NCBI GenBank assembly: GCA_902566955.1
Contig: CACFKX010000001.1
Location: 1,813 to 65,812, forward strand
DNA length: 64,000 nucleotides
Origin: an uncultured SAR86 cluster bacterium
GTDB taxonomy: Bacteria; Pseudomonadota; Gammaproteobacteria; Magnimaribacterales; AG-339-G14
Reading direction: 5' to 3'
Made by a program: the position numbers and the translations under genes. Below are positions 11,001 through 21,729 of this stretch, piece by piece; position 1 is the first letter of the stretch, and the number at the start of each line of letters is the position of its first letter. The notes under the pieces are model-generated. The model had not been told where the DNA came from, did not search any database, and was given only the letters and a program-made list of their open reading frames with translations.

Positions 11001-11253
11001 CAGCATTTTGAGCATCAGCTCTAGCGCCTGCAACATCACATCGGCTATCAAATACTTGAGCCTTATAAGGGCCTTTATCTATAAATTGTTCAGCTTTGAT
11101 TTTTGAAATAATGCAGAGAATATTATTAGCAGTATTAAGGGTCTCTTCGACTTCGTTATTTGCTGTATAGATTTCAGCAGTATCTTGAGAATAAGTCTGT
11201 GAAAATATTAGTGAAGGTATTGTTAAAAGTAAGAAAAGTGTAAATTTATTCAT
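8092..11253 (-). CDS. Large secreted protein of unknown function (1,053 aa; Cys/Trp/Asp-rich)
   Basis: Long uninterrupted ORF. Start placed at ATG 11253, which has an AGGAG Shine-Dalgarno 5 nt upstream. Signal peptide [19 protein letters not shown], about 20 Cys, Asn8 run; no catalytic motif recognised. Confidence 0.8.
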   Translation of the reverse strand: MNKFTLFLLLTIPSLIFSQTYSQDTAEIYTANNEVEETLNTANNILCIISKIKAEQFIDKGPYKAQVFDSRCDVAGARADAQNAAQGGNNNNNNNNEVELASEMIVDVKSAFSEVKQQDYLEVKSWFYQKNDYSEAQESYEGMWDAQPDQIIYALTKVWSGATEDDPNGDIELDFVAESNCQNAPYQSDEEARAAAAELGLSEGQDAWYRHMEKFWKCPPVGSQLGSGKLDTMDSKVLFVGPNGRSILLTDNENGRDGLWQVNWWECIIDNKFIDYQDRDSAGCGDMDPRNPLTYAVDATYGFSFDETTKASCKKLVKATRRVGQDGAEDTFTDITEEWKNIDWDLGNYPWLAEGGPAQGLTEICESTSADDAKLAVWEYGLYTAADDLRYDMKNPGFELKSEEEFQSPYDEDRTEPIYAWADYWGTHVDEKKRENLTDTTVFKKVNSDDTNSYYLKQRKISIRKMTVDKVSLNSLSGVELNLHIEWDRSETGVNCWWNDYKSYNGGTTLQDDDMDNNGNGEDDRCNLDRWRDLGLPADLTDENGNPYNIFLGYWDAAYATEGSGAIPSFVFDKAVVEVNNRWVKEVDITPFTFTPDEYVEVWDDDRKSSNGYQVWRNLWAHGRGQGYEIKADSLQDPTAELVSRRTEKDISVSGLTGKTLGCIERCLSGEGMTAYFTEALAKINEGTADNPGSGIVSSPYTSPAIIAGTGDLITGPYVRAGSEKGNWTQEGVMSTEVVTYEVVGDSLAVSNTGSAKTPLALPAQMYELNDPWDKFEQKICIREPNGVDTDCWGMKNHMTLFDMDNKAEVECEKTVDTDYDGTPDEYEYHSDSTVQNNRNVYFRYCNSKLWKMNEFYEIHFDPWTNYQVFDGSGDDASLVEISRPEAVSVVLPDTEKFGSDAGRKKTLEYGGFGRLWGFEWTNFNVKTWTDLGEYFDWGTATEEERESVRGFPAYVIPDGTELIGEDGETKLKSKVLRGEYYLKPLNAASFNNLYTTNPAGLENQQANVYDSAFIGPAPDDSSMLNSGETCVDHGEIVEACIVLTVDGTTPGG

Positions 11254-11278
11254 TTGATCTCCTAGTTTATGAATGAGA

Positions 11279-11576
<298 letters not shown>

Positions 11577-11599
11577 TAAAATCGATAATACTACTAAAT

Positions 11600-11929
11600 C
11601 TATAGTTTGCTAGCTTTTTTAATAATATTCTTAATTTTGATTAATTCTTTTTTTAATACTATTTCTTGAGTTCTTGGTATTTTTTTATCTTTCAAATAAG
11701 TGGAAATTTTTTGAGGTTTTATGCCTTGATCTTTGATAAGTTTTTTTATTTTAATAAGAAGCTTTATTCTTTTTAAATCATATCTTCGAGTAGCATTTTT
11801 AGATCTTAACTTCGGTTCAAAATTCTCCCAGTATCTTATTTCTGTTTGCTTTATTCCAAGTAGATTGGAGACTTCGGAGATGGAATAATATTTTTTATTT
11901 GGAAGTGTTGAAAAATCAATATCAGTCAA
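11600..11929 (-). CDS. MerR-family transcriptional regulator
   Basis: 109 aa; N-terminal HTH YSISEVSNLLGIKQTEIRYWE; sits downstream of ihfA as in other gammaproteobacteria. Confidence 0.7.
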   Translation of the reverse strand: MTDIDFSTLPNKKYYSISEVSNLLGIKQTEIRYWENFEPKLRSKNATRRYDLKRIKLLIKIKKLIKDQGIKPQKISTYLKDKKIPRTQEIVLKKELIKIKNIIKKASKL

Positions 11930-12200
11930 TTTTATCTCTTAATTTTCGGCCAGGCTTAAACGAAATAGAAGTTCTTGCCGAAATTAAATACTCTTTCCCT
12001 GTTTTTGGATTTCTCCCTGGACGCGCTTTCTTTTTTAAAAGAGAAAAATTACCAAAACCGCTTAATTTCACTTCCTCACCTTTTTCTAAACTATTGGAAA
12101 TTTCATTGAAAAAAGAATTCACAAAATCTAAACAGTCTTTTTTTGGTAACCCCATTTTTTTATGTAGATGGTCAGCAAGTTCCAATTTAGTTATCGCCAT
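11922..12200 (-). CDS. ihfA: Integration host factor subunit alpha
   Basis: 92 aa; LSGFGNFSLLKKKARPGRNPKTGKEYLISARTSISFKPG is the IHF/HU arm; conserved position after pheT. Confidence 0.9.
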   Translation of the reverse strand: MAITKLELADHLHKKMGLPKKDCLDFVNSFFNEISNSLEKGEEVKLSGFGNFSLLKKKARPGRNPKTGKEYLISARTSISFKPGRKLRDKID

Positions 12201-12202
12201 TG

Positions 12203-14197
12203 TTACGATCTTAATTTAGCATTAAAAATTTTAGCCACATGATTAATTTGATTCTCAACAAATTGATCTACTTCTCTGTCTTCCAATGTGGCTCCAGTCG
12301 CTTGCCAAAAGATTCGAAAAGTAATGCTTTTTAAAGATTCATCTATTCCTTTGCCTTGATAAATATCGATCACTGAAACAGACCTTAAATTTGTACCTCC
12401 AGCTTTTTTAAGCTCTTTTATAAAATCGTTAGCAGGTATTTCTTTAGAGAAAAGAAAGGACAAATCTCTTTCGCTACCAGGAAACTTTGGCGGTTGAGCT
12501 ATCGCATTAATTTTCGGCAATTTTATAGAGTCTAAATTTATCTCAAACAAAACTATTTCCGGCAACTTAAGTTTTTTTTGAATCGCCGGATGCAAGACAC
12601 CAATTTTTCCTATAGATTTAGTTTTCATTTTTATTTCTGCTGATATTCCTGGATGCAAATGATTTGCAGAAGTTTTTTTATAAACAGGTTCAATATTTAA
12701 TCTCGAAAAAAACATATCCAGACTTTTTCTGAGATCGTAAAAGCTACTTTGAAAAGAACCGGACCAATCAGATGAAGATTTATCAAAATAGAGCAGTCCA
12801 GCAAGACTCTTCCAACACTTCTCTTTTGTAAAGACGTTCCCAACTTCAAAGATTCTGAATTTTTGAGCACCTCTATTGAAATTATATTCAAAGTTATTTA
12901 TCAATCCCGGAACAAGGGAGGGTCGCATAACATCCTGATTGCTCGACATAGGATTGGCTAGCTCAATTGAATCATTATTCAATCCGAGCTTTTGAATAAA
13001 AGATGAATCAACAAAAGCGTAATTAATCACTTCATTAAAGCCAGCATTAACAAAAATATCTTTGCTTAGTTTCTCCTTTTCAATAGAAGTATCTTCAGGA
13101 GAGGATGCTAATAATTTCAATCTTTTGCTAGGTAAATTATTGTATCCAATAATTCTCGCTATCTCTTCGATAATGTCCTCTTTAATTTCAATATCATATC
13201 GATGAGAAGGACAAGTTAACTCCATTATATTTCTTTTTGACTCAACTTTAAATTCTAGTGCCTTTAAAAGTTTTATAACCTTGGCAGTAGGAATCTCTGT
13301 CCCGAGCCTCGAATCAATGAATTCCTTACTTATCGATATTTTCTTTGCTTGATGGTTTTTAGATTTTTTAAAAATCTTTGAAAAGTCTCCTCCAAAGATT
13401 TCAGCATAAAGTTGTGCTGCAAAATTAATTGCATACTCTTGAATTTCTTTATCAACTCCTCTTTCGAATCTCAACGAAGCCTCTGATTGAAAGCCTAACT
13501 TTCTTGCATTTCCTCTAATACTTGCAGGATTAAAGCAAGCTGACTCTAAAAAAATTTCTTGTGTTGTTTCATCTACTTCGGAATTAGCACACCCCATAAT
13601 TCCAGCCAGAGCTATTACTTCTTTTTCATCGGATATTGTTAGGTAGTCTTTAGTTATCTCATGGGAAGAACTATCCAAAAGTTTCAACCTCATTTTTTTG
13701 GAAGGAAATTTGACATAAATTTTTTTGCCAATCTTTTTATTATCAAAAGCATGCAAAGGTTGTCCGGTATGCAGCATTACATAGTTTGTAATATCAACTA
13801 TTGGATTAACTTGGCCAATATCAGCAGCCTTTAAAGTTTTTTTGATGTGTTGAGGAGTTTTGCCTTTACTCTTTAATTTAATGGTTTGACCTAGATAGCT
13901 TGAACAGGCGCTATTATCTAAAGAAATAGTTTTTTTAGAAACGAGATTTTGTTGTTGCTTCTTAAACTTTGGAAGTCTTAATTTTAAATTATTTACTGCA
14001 CAAACATCTCTAGCTATCCCTATAAGGCTAAAACAGTCTCCTCTATTAGGAGTTAAATCTAGTTTGATTAGTAAATCATTTTTTTCTTTTTTTGATTGGT
14101 CAACTTCTAGCCCCAACTCTGTAAGCTGTTCTAGGAGATCTGTATCAGAAATCGATCCTGATACATATTGGAGTAGATCGGATTTATAGAATTGCAT
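12203..14197 (-). CDS. pheT: Phenylalanine--tRNA ligase beta subunit, short form lacking the N-terminal OB-fold tRNA-binding (B2) domain
   Basis: 664 aa versus about 795 in E. coli. N-terminus aligns, then jumps directly to the LTPNRGDCFSLIGIARDV (B3/4) region; B5, FDX-ACB and C-terminal regions present. Confidence 0.9.
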   Translation of the reverse strand: MQFYKSDLLQYVSGSISDTDLLEQLTELGLEVDQSKKEKNDLLIKLDLTPNRGDCFSLIGIARDVCAVNNLKLRLPKFKKQQQNLVSKKTISLDNSACSSYLGQTIKLKSKGKTPQHIKKTLKAADIGQVNPIVDITNYVMLHTGQPLHAFDNKKIGKKIYVKFPSKKMRLKLLDSSSHEITKDYLTISDEKEVIALAGIMGCANSEVDETTQEIFLESACFNPASIRGNARKLGFQSEASLRFERGVDKEIQEYAINFAAQLYAEIFGGDFSKIFKKSKNHQAKKISISKEFIDSRLGTEIPTAKVIKLLKALEFKVESKRNIMELTCPSHRYDIEIKEDIIEEIARIIGYNNLPSKRLKLLASSPEDTSIEKEKLSKDIFVNAGFNEVINYAFVDSSFIQKLGLNNDSIELANPMSSNQDVMRPSLVPGLINNFEYNFNRGAQKFRIFEVGNVFTKEKCWKSLAGLLYFDKSSSDWSGSFQSSFYDLRKSLDMFFSRLNIEPVYKKTSANHLHPGISAEIKMKTKSIGKIGVLHPAIQKKLKLPEIVLFEINLDSIKLPKINAIAQPPKFPGSERDLSFLFSKEIPANDFIKELKKAGGTNLRSVSVIDIYQGKGIDESLKSITFRIFWQATGATLEDREVDQFVENQINHVAKIFNAKLRS

Positions 14198-15168
14198 TAT
14201 CCTTTTGTGACGAACCTTAGGTCATTCTCAAATAACATTCTAATATCAGATATTTGATATCTGAGCATAGTCATTCTTTCTATTCCCAGACCAAAAGCAA
14301 AACCTGAGAACACTTTTGGGTTTAGCCCAACGTTTTTCAATACATTTGGGTGAACCATTCCACATCCCATTATTTCTAGCCAGCCATTCTCCCCCAGAAT
14401 ATCTACTTCAACTGAAGGTTCTGTGAATGGAAAATAGGAAGGTCGAAACCGTACCTTTGGATTGTCTTTAAAAAAAGATTCGACAAACTCCAAAATTTCA
14501 TTTTTCAGATGTGCAAAATTTATATCTTTATCGACAACAAGACCTTCTACTTGGTGAAACATAGGAGTATGAGTCTGATCTGAATCGCATCTAAATACTT
14601 TACCTGGACATAATATTTTTAAAGGAGGAGATTCTAATTCCATAGACCTTATTTGAACAGGCGAAGTATGAGTTCTTAAAAGGTTACCATCTTCAAAATA
14701 AAAGGTGTCATGCATGTCTCTAGCAGGATGATTCTTAGGAATATTCAATGCAGAAAAATTGAAATACTCTGATTCAATTTCAGGCCCCTCTCGAAGAACG
14801 TAACCTTTGTTTTTAAAATAATTTGATATTTCTTGAGCTATTAAAGATACAGGATGGTAACTTCCTACTTCTGGACTTAATGGCAAAGTAACATCAATTT
14901 CTTCTTTAGATAATTGTTCATCCAAAGCAGATTGTTCAATTTTTTCCAAAGACGAACTGATTGATTCTTCAATTAGAGTTTTAAATTCATTGATCGATTT
15001 ACCTAACTTAGGTTTCTTTTCAGCAGGAGCATTCGATAGCTGGGACATTAAAGAAGAAAGAATACCTTTTTTGCCAAGGTATTCAATTTTTAGGGAATTA
15101 AGAGAATCTTTAGAATCTGCTTCTTTAAATTTATTTAAGAAAAATTTTTTCTCTTGGGCTAAATCCAT
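14197..15168 (-). CDS. pheS: Phenylalanine--tRNA ligase alpha subunit
   Basis: 323 aa; class II aaRS motifs (HPARDMHDTFY, FRCDSDQTHTPMFHQVEG, GFAFGLGIERMTMLRY). Confidence 0.95.
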   Translation of the reverse strand: MDLAQEKKFFLNKFKEADSKDSLNSLKIEYLGKKGILSSLMSQLSNAPAEKKPKLGKSINEFKTLIEESISSSLEKIEQSALDEQLSKEEIDVTLPLSPEVGSYHPVSLIAQEISNYFKNKGYVLREGPEIESEYFNFSALNIPKNHPARDMHDTFYFEDGNLLRTHTSPVQIRSMELESPPLKILCPGKVFRCDSDQTHTPMFHQVEGLVVDKDINFAHLKNEILEFVESFFKDNPKVRFRPSYFPFTEPSVEVDILGENGWLEIMGCGMVHPNVLKNVGLNPKVFSGFAFGLGIERMTMLRYQISDIRMLFENDLRFVTKG

Positions 15169-15174
15169 AGCCCA

Positions 15175-15531
15175 TTATGCAGCAATATCTTTAACCTTTG
15201 AAACTAGAGATGCAAAACCTTCTTTGTCTTCTACAGCCATGTTAGCTAAAACTCTTCTATCCAAATCAATGTTAGCTTTTTTAAGACCGTTCATAAAAAC
15301 GCTATAGCTAAGACCATGCTCTCTTACTGCGGCATTAATTCTAATAATCCAAAGCGATCTAAAAGTTCTTTTCTTAACTTTTCTATCTCTATATGCATAT
15401 TGGCCAGCTTTTAGCACAGCTTGATTTGCGACTTTGAAAGTCCTGCTGCGAGCTCCCCTATAACCTTTGGCTAGTTTAAGAATTTTCTTGTGTCTTTTTT
15501 TGGCTTGAACGCCGCGCTTTACTCTACTCAT
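15175..15531 (-). CDS. rplT: 50S ribosomal protein L20
   Basis: 118 aa; [29 protein letters not shown]. Confidence 0.95.
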   Translation of the reverse strand: MSRVKRGVQAKKRHKKILKLAKGYRGARSRTFKVANQAVLKAGQYAYRDRKVKKRTFRSLWIIRINAAVREHGLSYSVFMNGLKKANIDLDRRVLANMAVEDKEGFASLVSKVKDIAA

Positions 15532-15725
15532 GATTTTTCTCTAAACATTCTTTTTACCAATTTTTCATCGCCAGCAGCAAGTTGAGTTGTTCCTCTGAGT
15601 TGCCTTTTTGATTTTGTCGACATCTTGGTAAGAATATGCCTTTTATTAGCTTGCTTTCTTTTGAGCCCAGAGCCTGTTTTTTTAAAACGCTTGGCAGCTC
15701 CTTTATGTACTTTAACTTTTGGCAT
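15528..15725 (-). CDS. rpmI: 50S ribosomal protein L35
   Basis: 65 aa; [20 protein letters not shown]. Confidence 0.95.
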   Translation of the reverse strand: MPKVKVHKGAAKRFKKTGSGLKRKQANKRHILTKMSTKSKRQLRGTTQLAAGDEKLVKRMFREKS

Positions 15726-15727
15726 TT

Positions 15728-16276
15728 TTAATTTTTCTTTTTAGTTGGTGACATAACCATTACAAGCTGTCTTCCCTCTGATTGCGGCTCTTGCTCAACT
15801 ACAGCCTGCTCAGAAAGGTCCGTTTCAATTCTTTTCAGAAGCTCAAGACCTAAATCCTGATGCATCATTTCTCTGCCTCTAAATCTCATTGTAATCTTTG
15901 CCTTATCTCCATCTTGAATAAATCTAGTTATGCTTTTTAACTTTATTTGATAATCATTTTCTTCTGTTCCAGGTCTAAATTTTATTTCTTTAATCTGCGT
16001 TCTTTTTTGTTTTTTCTTTGAAGCGGATTTTTGTTTTTTCTTGTCAAAAAGGTGTTTACCGTAATCCATGAGTTTGCAAACAGGGTGTTCAGAATCGTTT
16101 GCTAACTGAACCAAATCAAGGCTTGCAGCTGTAGCTTTTTTCATTGCTTCTTCTATAGCAACTATTCCCAACTGTTCCCCTGATTCAGATATAAGCCTTA
16201 CTTTTGAAGCGGAAATTTGTTGGTTAACAGGTTGTCTTTTTTTAAAAGACGTCTGCCTAGGTTTAGGAGAAGCTAT
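15728..16276 (-). CDS. infC: Translation initiation factor IF-3, with proposed non-canonical ATA start
   Basis: The frame stays open 35 codons upstream of the first ATG and encodes the conserved IF-3 N-domain ([21 protein letters not shown]). AGAGG Shine-Dalgarno lies 6 nt before ATA at 16276..16274; an in-frame TAG lies just upstream. Confidence 0.75.
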   Translation of the reverse strand: MASPKPRQTSFKKRQPVNQQISASKVRLISESGEQLGIVAIEEAMKKATAASLDLVQLANDSEHPVCKLMDYGKHLFDKKKQKSASKKKQKRTQIKEIKFRPGTEENDYQIKLKSITRFIQDGDKAKITMRFRGREMMHQDLGLELLKRIETDLSEQAVVEQEPQSEGRQLVMVMSPTKKKN

Positions 16277-16305
16277 TTTAAACCTCTAACGAAAAATTTT
16301 AACAA

Positions 16306-18234
16306 TCAGACCTCCTTGGATCTTACTTTTCTCAAAACCATTTTTGAGAAGTCACTCTCTGTCATTGAAGATTGATTTTGAGATTCTCTATCTCTAACAC
16401 TAATAGAACCTTCTTCAACCTCTTTATCACCTACCACAATTTGATATGGTATCTTTTGTATAGAGTGGTCGCGGATTTTATAAGTGATTTTCTCATTCCT
16501 CAAGTCTGAAATGACTTTTATTTCATTTTTTTTCAACATCTCAGTGATTTCAACAACTCTATCAGTGTGTTTTTCCGACACATTCATCACTACTGCATGA
16601 ATAGGAGATAACCACAAAGGAAAAGATCCATCATACTGCTCAATTAAAATTCCTATAAATCTTTCAAACGATCCCAGAATTGCCCTGTGCATCATAACTG
16701 GCCTATGTTTTTTACCATCCTCTCCCACATAAGAAGCATCAAGCCTTTCAGGCAAATTAAAATCAGCCTGAAAAGTTCCGCACTGCCATTCTCTTTTTAA
16801 TGCATCGGTAAGAACAAAATCAATTTTTGGACCATAGAAAGCTCCGTCCCCTTCTGCAATCTCATAATCAATGTTCAATGCTTCTATAGCATTCTTAAGA
16901 GCCTTTTCAGCCTTATCCCAAATCTTATCAGAACCAACTCTTACTTCTGGTCTTGTTGAGAGCTTGATATCAATTTTTTTAAAACCAAAATCTTCATAAA
17001 CATCATAAAGAAGAGAAATAAATGAGGCAGTTTCTTCCTGAATTTGATCCTCAGTGCAAAATATATGTCCATCGTCTTGTGTAAAACCTCTAACTCGCAT
17101 AAGTCCATGCATAGTTCCTGAGGGTTCATATCTATGGCAACTTCCAAACTCTGCAAATCTAATCGGAAGATCTCTATAAGACTTTAGAGATTGATTATAA
17201 ATTTGAACATGGCCTGGACAATTCATGGGCTTTAGAGCATTGGTTCTTTTTTCATTTGCATGTTCTTCATCAATTTCCGTGATAAACATATTTTCTCTGT
17301 ATTTTTCCCAGTGGCCAGATTTCTCCCATAGTTTTCTGTCGATAACTTGTGGAGTTTTTATCTCGGAGTAATTTGCATTGATTTGCTTCTCTCTCATATA
17401 TTTTTCAACAGCAGTATAAATGCTCCATCCTTTAGGATGCCAAAAAACCATGCCAGGGGCTTCTTCTTGCAGATGGAATAAATCATATTTTTTCCCAAGA
17501 AGTCTATGGTCTCGTTTGGATGCTTCTTCTTTGATATGCAAATGATCATCAAGTTCTTTTTTTGAATTCCATGCCGTTCCATAGACTCTTTGAAGCATTT
17601 TATTGTTTGATTTTCCTCTCCAGTAGGCGCCGGCAACATGCGTCAGTTTAAAAGCTTTAATGAAACTCATGTTTGGAATGTGCGGTCCCCTGCACATGTC
17701 TATATATTCTTCGTGATGATAAAGGGCAACTTTTTCTGATTTATCAATGTCTTTGAGTATTTCAAGTTTGTAATCCTCTTTTCTACTTTTAAAAACTTTC
17801 ACAGCCTCTTTGTACGGAACTACTTTTTTTTCAACTAAGTAAGATGAACTAGCTAACTCTTTCATACGTTTTTCAATTTTTGCAAGATCTTGCTGAGTAA
17901 GTTTATGGTCTAAATCGATATCGTAATAAAATCCATTCTCAATGATTGGCCCAATTGCCATTTTAGTTTCAGGAAAAATTTGTTTTATGGCATGACCAAA
18001 TAGGTGCGCACAACTATGTCGAATAATATCTATACCCTGTTGATCTTTGTTGGTTAAGATTGACACTTCTGAGTTTTTTTCTATTAGATCACAAGCATCA
18101 TGCTCTACCCCATTGATAACGCCAGCCAAAGTTGCTTTAGCTAAACCTGGACCGATATCTTGAGCCAATTCAAATATGCTAGGAGGCTCATCAAAATTTC
18201 TCTTGGATTTATCAGGAAGTGTAATTTCTATCAT
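16306..18234 (-). CDS. thrS: Threonine--tRNA ligase
   Basis: 642 aa; TGS, editing-domain (HSCAHL), class II core and anticodon-binding domains recognisable. Confidence 0.95.
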   Translation of the reverse strand: MIEITLPDKSKRNFDEPPSIFELAQDIGPGLAKATLAGVINGVEHDACDLIEKNSEVSILTNKDQQGIDIIRHSCAHLFGHAIKQIFPETKMAIGPIIENGFYYDIDLDHKLTQQDLAKIEKRMKELASSSYLVEKKVVPYKEAVKVFKSRKEDYKLEILKDIDKSEKVALYHHEEYIDMCRGPHIPNMSFIKAFKLTHVAGAYWRGKSNNKMLQRVYGTAWNSKKELDDHLHIKEEASKRDHRLLGKKYDLFHLQEEAPGMVFWHPKGWSIYTAVEKYMREKQINANYSEIKTPQVIDRKLWEKSGHWEKYRENMFITEIDEEHANEKRTNALKPMNCPGHVQIYNQSLKSYRDLPIRFAEFGSCHRYEPSGTMHGLMRVRGFTQDDGHIFCTEDQIQEETASFISLLYDVYEDFGFKKIDIKLSTRPEVRVGSDKIWDKAEKALKNAIEALNIDYEIAEGDGAFYGPKIDFVLTDALKREWQCGTFQADFNLPERLDASYVGEDGKKHRPVMMHRAILGSFERFIGILIEQYDGSFPLWLSPIHAVVMNVSEKHTDRVVEITEMLKKNEIKVISDLRNEKITYKIRDHSIQKIPYQIVVGDKEVEEGSISVRDRESQNQSSMTESDFSKMVLRKVRSKEV

Positions 18235-18289
18235 TCATTGACCTATACGAGGGGCCTAAATTTTATTTTACTTAATTATCACTCTTTTT

Positions 18290-18883
18290 TTAAGGAGAAA
18301 GGTAAGATTTAACCCAATTTTTTCCTTTTGATTTAAAAAGTGTTCTTTCATGTCTTCGGAATTCTCCTTCTTTCCAAATTTCAATCTCCACAGGAGTAAT
18401 TTTGTACATTCCGCAATGAGCTGGAAGTTTAATATCTTTCTCATCCAAACTATCAATAGCTTCTTCAACTGTTTTTTGGAAGCTTTCAAAAGATTCAATT
18501 TCTTCACTCTGTTTTGAAACAATAGCCGAAATTCTTGAACCTTTTGGTCTCGAATTAAAATATTCTTCCGATTCTGATCTGGAAGCTTCAGATATTGATC
18601 CGCTGATTCTGATTTGAACTTGTAACTCTCTCCACCAAAAATTTACTGAAACATTGTTATTTTTTGAAATATCTTGCCCCTTTTTACTGTTGTAGTTGGT
18701 GTAAAAAAATAAACCATCATCAGTAAATTTTTTTAGTAATACGACTCTTGAAGAAGGTCTTTGATCTTCATCGACGGTTGAGACTGTCATACCATTCCAG
18801 TCTCTCAAATCTTTATCTCTGGCCTGCTCAAGAAAATATTTAACTTCAAGAAAAGGTTCTTGAGAAATGGAATCAAAATTCAT
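18290..18883 (-). CDS. pdxH: Pyridoxamine 5'-phosphate oxidase
   Basis: 197 aa; PSSRVVLLKKFTDDGLFFYTNYNSKKG and C-terminal WxxxxLSP. Confidence 0.85.
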   Translation of the reverse strand: MNFDSISQEPFLEVKYFLEQARDKDLRDWNGMTVSTVDEDQRPSSRVVLLKKFTDDGLFFYTNYNSKKGQDISKNNNVSVNFWWRELQVQIRISGSISEASRSESEEYFNSRPKGSRISAIVSKQSEEIESFESFQKTVEEAIDSLDEKDIKLPAHCGMYKITPVEIEIWKEGEFRRHERTLFKSKGKNWVKSYLSP

Positions 18884-19354
18884 TTATTTTCTTTGAACCC
18901 AAAAATCTAGCGATAAATATTTGCCTGGACCAAATAATAAAATGATTGACGTCATTAAAAAATAAGTAACTGACATCTCATAACCTCCAGCATCTGCATT
19001 CCATCCGTTTGGAGAATGATAATAAGTAGCTACAATCATGCAAACTAAAATAGGTACGGTTGCCCATCTTGAGAAAAGACCTATTAATAAGAAGACTGCC
19101 CCGCCTGCTTCAGCAATAACAGTTAGCCAAGAAAATAGGTCAGGTAGAATTAAATTGAGGTTATCTTTTCCTCCCGGACCCAAGAACTCTGAAAACCTAT
19201 CAATATTTGGTATACCATCTTCCCACGCTATTTTTCTGACCCCAGCGTTCCAAAATATGAAAAATAAGTAGACTCTCAAAAAGAATAGGCCAATGAAATC
19301 AAAGGCTTTAAAGTTACCTAAAAAATTATCTATTTTTAATATAAATCTAATCAT
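18884..19354 (-). CDS. DoxX-family membrane protein
   Basis: 156 aa, 4 predicted TM segments, FLRVYLFFIFWNAGVRKI DoxX-like N-terminus. Confidence 0.55.
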   Translation of the reverse strand: MIRFILKIDNFLGNFKAFDFIGLFFLRVYLFFIFWNAGVRKIAWEDGIPNIDRFSEFLGPGGKDNLNLILPDLFSWLTVIAEAGGAVFLLIGLFSRWATVPILVCMIVATYYHSPNGWNADAGGYEMSVTYFLMTSIILLFGPGKYLSLDFWVQRK

Positions 19355-20082
19355 TTTTTTTCCTTCTCTATTATCTCAAATGCAGCTTGTATTTCTATAA
19401 ATTTCTCTTTTGCTTTTTCAATTAATTCCTCTGGGAGTCCTTTAGAAATCAATGCATCTGGATGAAATTCTTTTCTTTTAACTCTATAGACTTTTTTTAT
19501 TTCTTCTAAAGTCATTCCTTTAGTAACGCCCAGAATTTCGTAAGCATTTGAAATTTTTCCGACATATTTGTTGTATAAATCCTTATAAACATTTTTATCA
19601 AACCCAAAGATGTTAGGGATTTTTCTCAACAGCTTCTCTTCATTTTCATGCATTTCCCCATCAGCCATGGCTAACTCAAATAAAAGCTCATAAAAAACCA
19701 AAAGTGAGTTTGGACTAGAGCCTAAAAGCTGATAAAGCTGCACTGCATATGCGTCAAAAGAAACGCTGTCTGATTTAGCTTTTTGAAAAATATTTATAGC
19801 AAAATTTCTTTCATCTTCACTAAAATTAAATTTGTTAGAAATAAAACTTTCTATTTTGGAAACTTCCTCCTCACTAACTCTTCCATCTGCTTTTGCTATT
19901 TTTGCTAGGCAGGCAAATAATGCTGTAAAAAAAGCTACTTGGTGATCTAAATTATTTGGATTTCTTCTAGATTTTGCTTGCCTTGTCATTCTTGAGCCCA
20001 TGACACTTCCAACAAGAGCACCAATAGGTCCAAGCAAAGTAAAGCCAATCATTCCGCCGACAATTCCGCCAATTAAACTCAT
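19351..20082 (-). CDS. djlA: DjlA-type membrane co-chaperone (TerB-like domain plus C-terminal J domain)
   Basis: N-terminal Gly-rich TM, central TerB-like region, C-terminal J domain YEILGVTKGMTLEEIKKVYRVKRKEFHPD. Confidence 0.8.
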   Translation of the reverse strand: MSLIGGIVGGMIGFTLLGPIGALVGSVMGSRMTRQAKSRRNPNNLDHQVAFFTALFACLAKIAKADGRVSEEEVSKIESFISNKFNFSEDERNFAINIFQKAKSDSVSFDAYAVQLYQLLGSSPNSLLVFYELLFELAMADGEMHENEEKLLRKIPNIFGFDKNVYKDLYNKYVGKISNAYEILGVTKGMTLEEIKKVYRVKRKEFHPDALISKGLPEELIEKAKEKFIEIQAAFEIIEKEKK

Positions 20083-20150
20083 TTTTTCTTAATTTTTATG
20101 CATTGCTATGGTTTAATGATTGTACATGGATAAGTTTTATTGGGGGAAGC

Positions 20151-20567
20151 ATGTCTGAATCAAATCCTTTACCTGTTGTTGATTATTTAAAAATTCCTGA
20201 TGATGGGGAACCTTATTTAGAGGGCTATCGTTGTAAAAAATGTGGATCTATTTACTTGGGTGAGAGGACTGTATGCTCTAAATGTTTTGCAAGAAACGAG
20301 ATGGAAGTTATCAAACTTTCTGAAACTGGAATCTTGCATAGCTACGCAATAGTTTTCAGATCGTTTCCTGGGATCGATGTCCCTTATATTTCTGCAATTG
20401 TAGATCTTGATGGAGGGGGGACGATCAAAGGAAATTTGATTAATATTGAGCCAGATCCTGATAAAATAGAATTTAACATGCCAGTTAAAGTAACTTACGG
20501 AGATGCTTTGGGCAGAAAAGATAAGGAAGGAAATTCTTATTTAAGTTATTTCTTTGAACCAGCTTAA
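20151..20567 (+). CDS. DUF35 Zn-ribbon/OB-fold protein (thiolase partner)
   Basis: CKKCGSIY...CSKC zinc ribbon followed by an OB fold. Start moved to ATG 20151, which follows GGGGGAAG. Confidence 0.7.
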   Translation: MSESNPLPVVDYLKIPDDGEPYLEGYRCKKCGSIYLGERTVCSKCFARNEMEVIKLSETGILHSYAIVFRSFPGIDVPYISAIVDLDGGGTIKGNLINIEPDPDKIEFNMPVKVTYGDALGRKDKEGNSYLSYFFEPA

Positions 20568-20580
20568 TTGAGGTGAAATT

Positions 20581-21723
20581 ATGAGTGATGTTTATGTAGT
20601 GGGTGTTGATATGATCAAGTTTGGAAGATTTCCAGACAGAAGTGTCCCAAACATTGGGGCTGAAGCAGCTTTGATGGCTCTAGACGATGCTGGTTTAGGC
20701 ATCCAAGACATGCAAGCTCTTTATTGCGGAAACTTAGGGCAGGCTAATGCAATGGTTGGTCAAAGAATCCTCCAAGAAATAGGTCAGACTGGAATGCCTG
20801 TTGTGAATGTTGCAAATGCTTGTGCAACAGGAGCCACAGCTTTTAGAGAAGCATGGATGTCAATAAAAGCTGGCATGTATGATGTTGTCTTAGCTGTAGG
20901 TGTAGAACAAATGGGAAAAGGACTTCTAGGTGGAGCTGGCGGCGGAGACGGCATACCTAAAGAGGGCCTTTTGGGCTCAGGAACTATGCCTTGTGTCTTT
21001 GCTGAGGCTGGAATGGAACATTCTAAGGAGTATGGTACTACTTTTGAGCAGTTTGCTAAAATTTCTGTAAAAAATCATCATCACTCAACAATGAATCCAA
21101 AAGCTATGTACCAAATCGAAACTCCTCTTGATGATGTTATGAATGCTGAAATGATTTCTTATCCAAACACGAAGTTGATGTGTTCGGTAAATGTGGATGG
21201 TTCTGCTGCTGCAGTTTTAGTTTCTGAAAAGAAAGCTAAAGAGCTTGGTATGGCAAGAGCAGTAAAAGTTAGAGCTTCAGCTATGGCAAGTGATCCTTAT
21301 ACAGATAGAGATCTTGTAATGCCAGATGTAAATGCATGCACTAGACTCGCTGCGAAAGATGCTTATGAGCAAGCAGGAATAGGTCCTGAAGATGTGAATC
21401 TTGTTGAGTTACATGATTGTTTTGCTACGGCAGAAATGTTGCATTATGAGAACCTTGGTTTATGCAAAGATGGAGAAGCCGGGAGAATGATAGATGAAGG
21501 TCATGTTGAGCTTGGTGGAAAAGTTCCTGTAAATGTTTCTGGCGGCTTGCTCTCAAAAGGTCATCCACTCGGAGCGACAGGAATTGCAAACATATATGAG
21601 GTTTGTACTCACCTTAGAGGTGAAGCAGGAGCAAGACAAGTAGAGGGTGCTCGAATTGGAATGACACATGTAATAGGTCTAGGAACAGCTTGTGGCATTC
21701 ACATACTTGAAAAAACTTCATAA
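20581..21723 (+). CDS. Thiolase-like (SCP-x type) acetyl-CoA acyltransferase
   Basis: 380 aa; NACATGATA active-site Cys region, C-terminal HPLGATG and GLGTACG; classic pairing with DUF35. Confidence 0.8.
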   Translation: MSDVYVVGVDMIKFGRFPDRSVPNIGAEAALMALDDAGLGIQDMQALYCGNLGQANAMVGQRILQEIGQTGMPVVNVANACATGATAFREAWMSIKAGMYDVVLAVGVEQMGKGLLGGAGGGDGIPKEGLLGSGTMPCVFAEAGMEHSKEYGTTFEQFAKISVKNHHHSTMNPKAMYQIETPLDDVMNAEMISYPNTKLMCSVNVDGSAAAVLVSEKKAKELGMARAVKVRASAMASDPYTDRDLVMPDVNACTRLAAKDAYEQAGIGPEDVNLVELHDCFATAEMLHYENLGLCKDGEAGRMIDEGHVELGGKVPVNVSGGLLSKGHPLGATGIANIYEVCTHLRGEAGARQVEGARIGMTHVIGLGTACGIHILEKTS

Positions 21724-21729
21724 TTTTAA

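Noticed and set aside
18268-18522. 84-aa minus-strand ORF overlapping pdxH in another frame.
   Set aside because: It lies entirely within the well-supported pdxH coding region and is lysine-rich low complexity.
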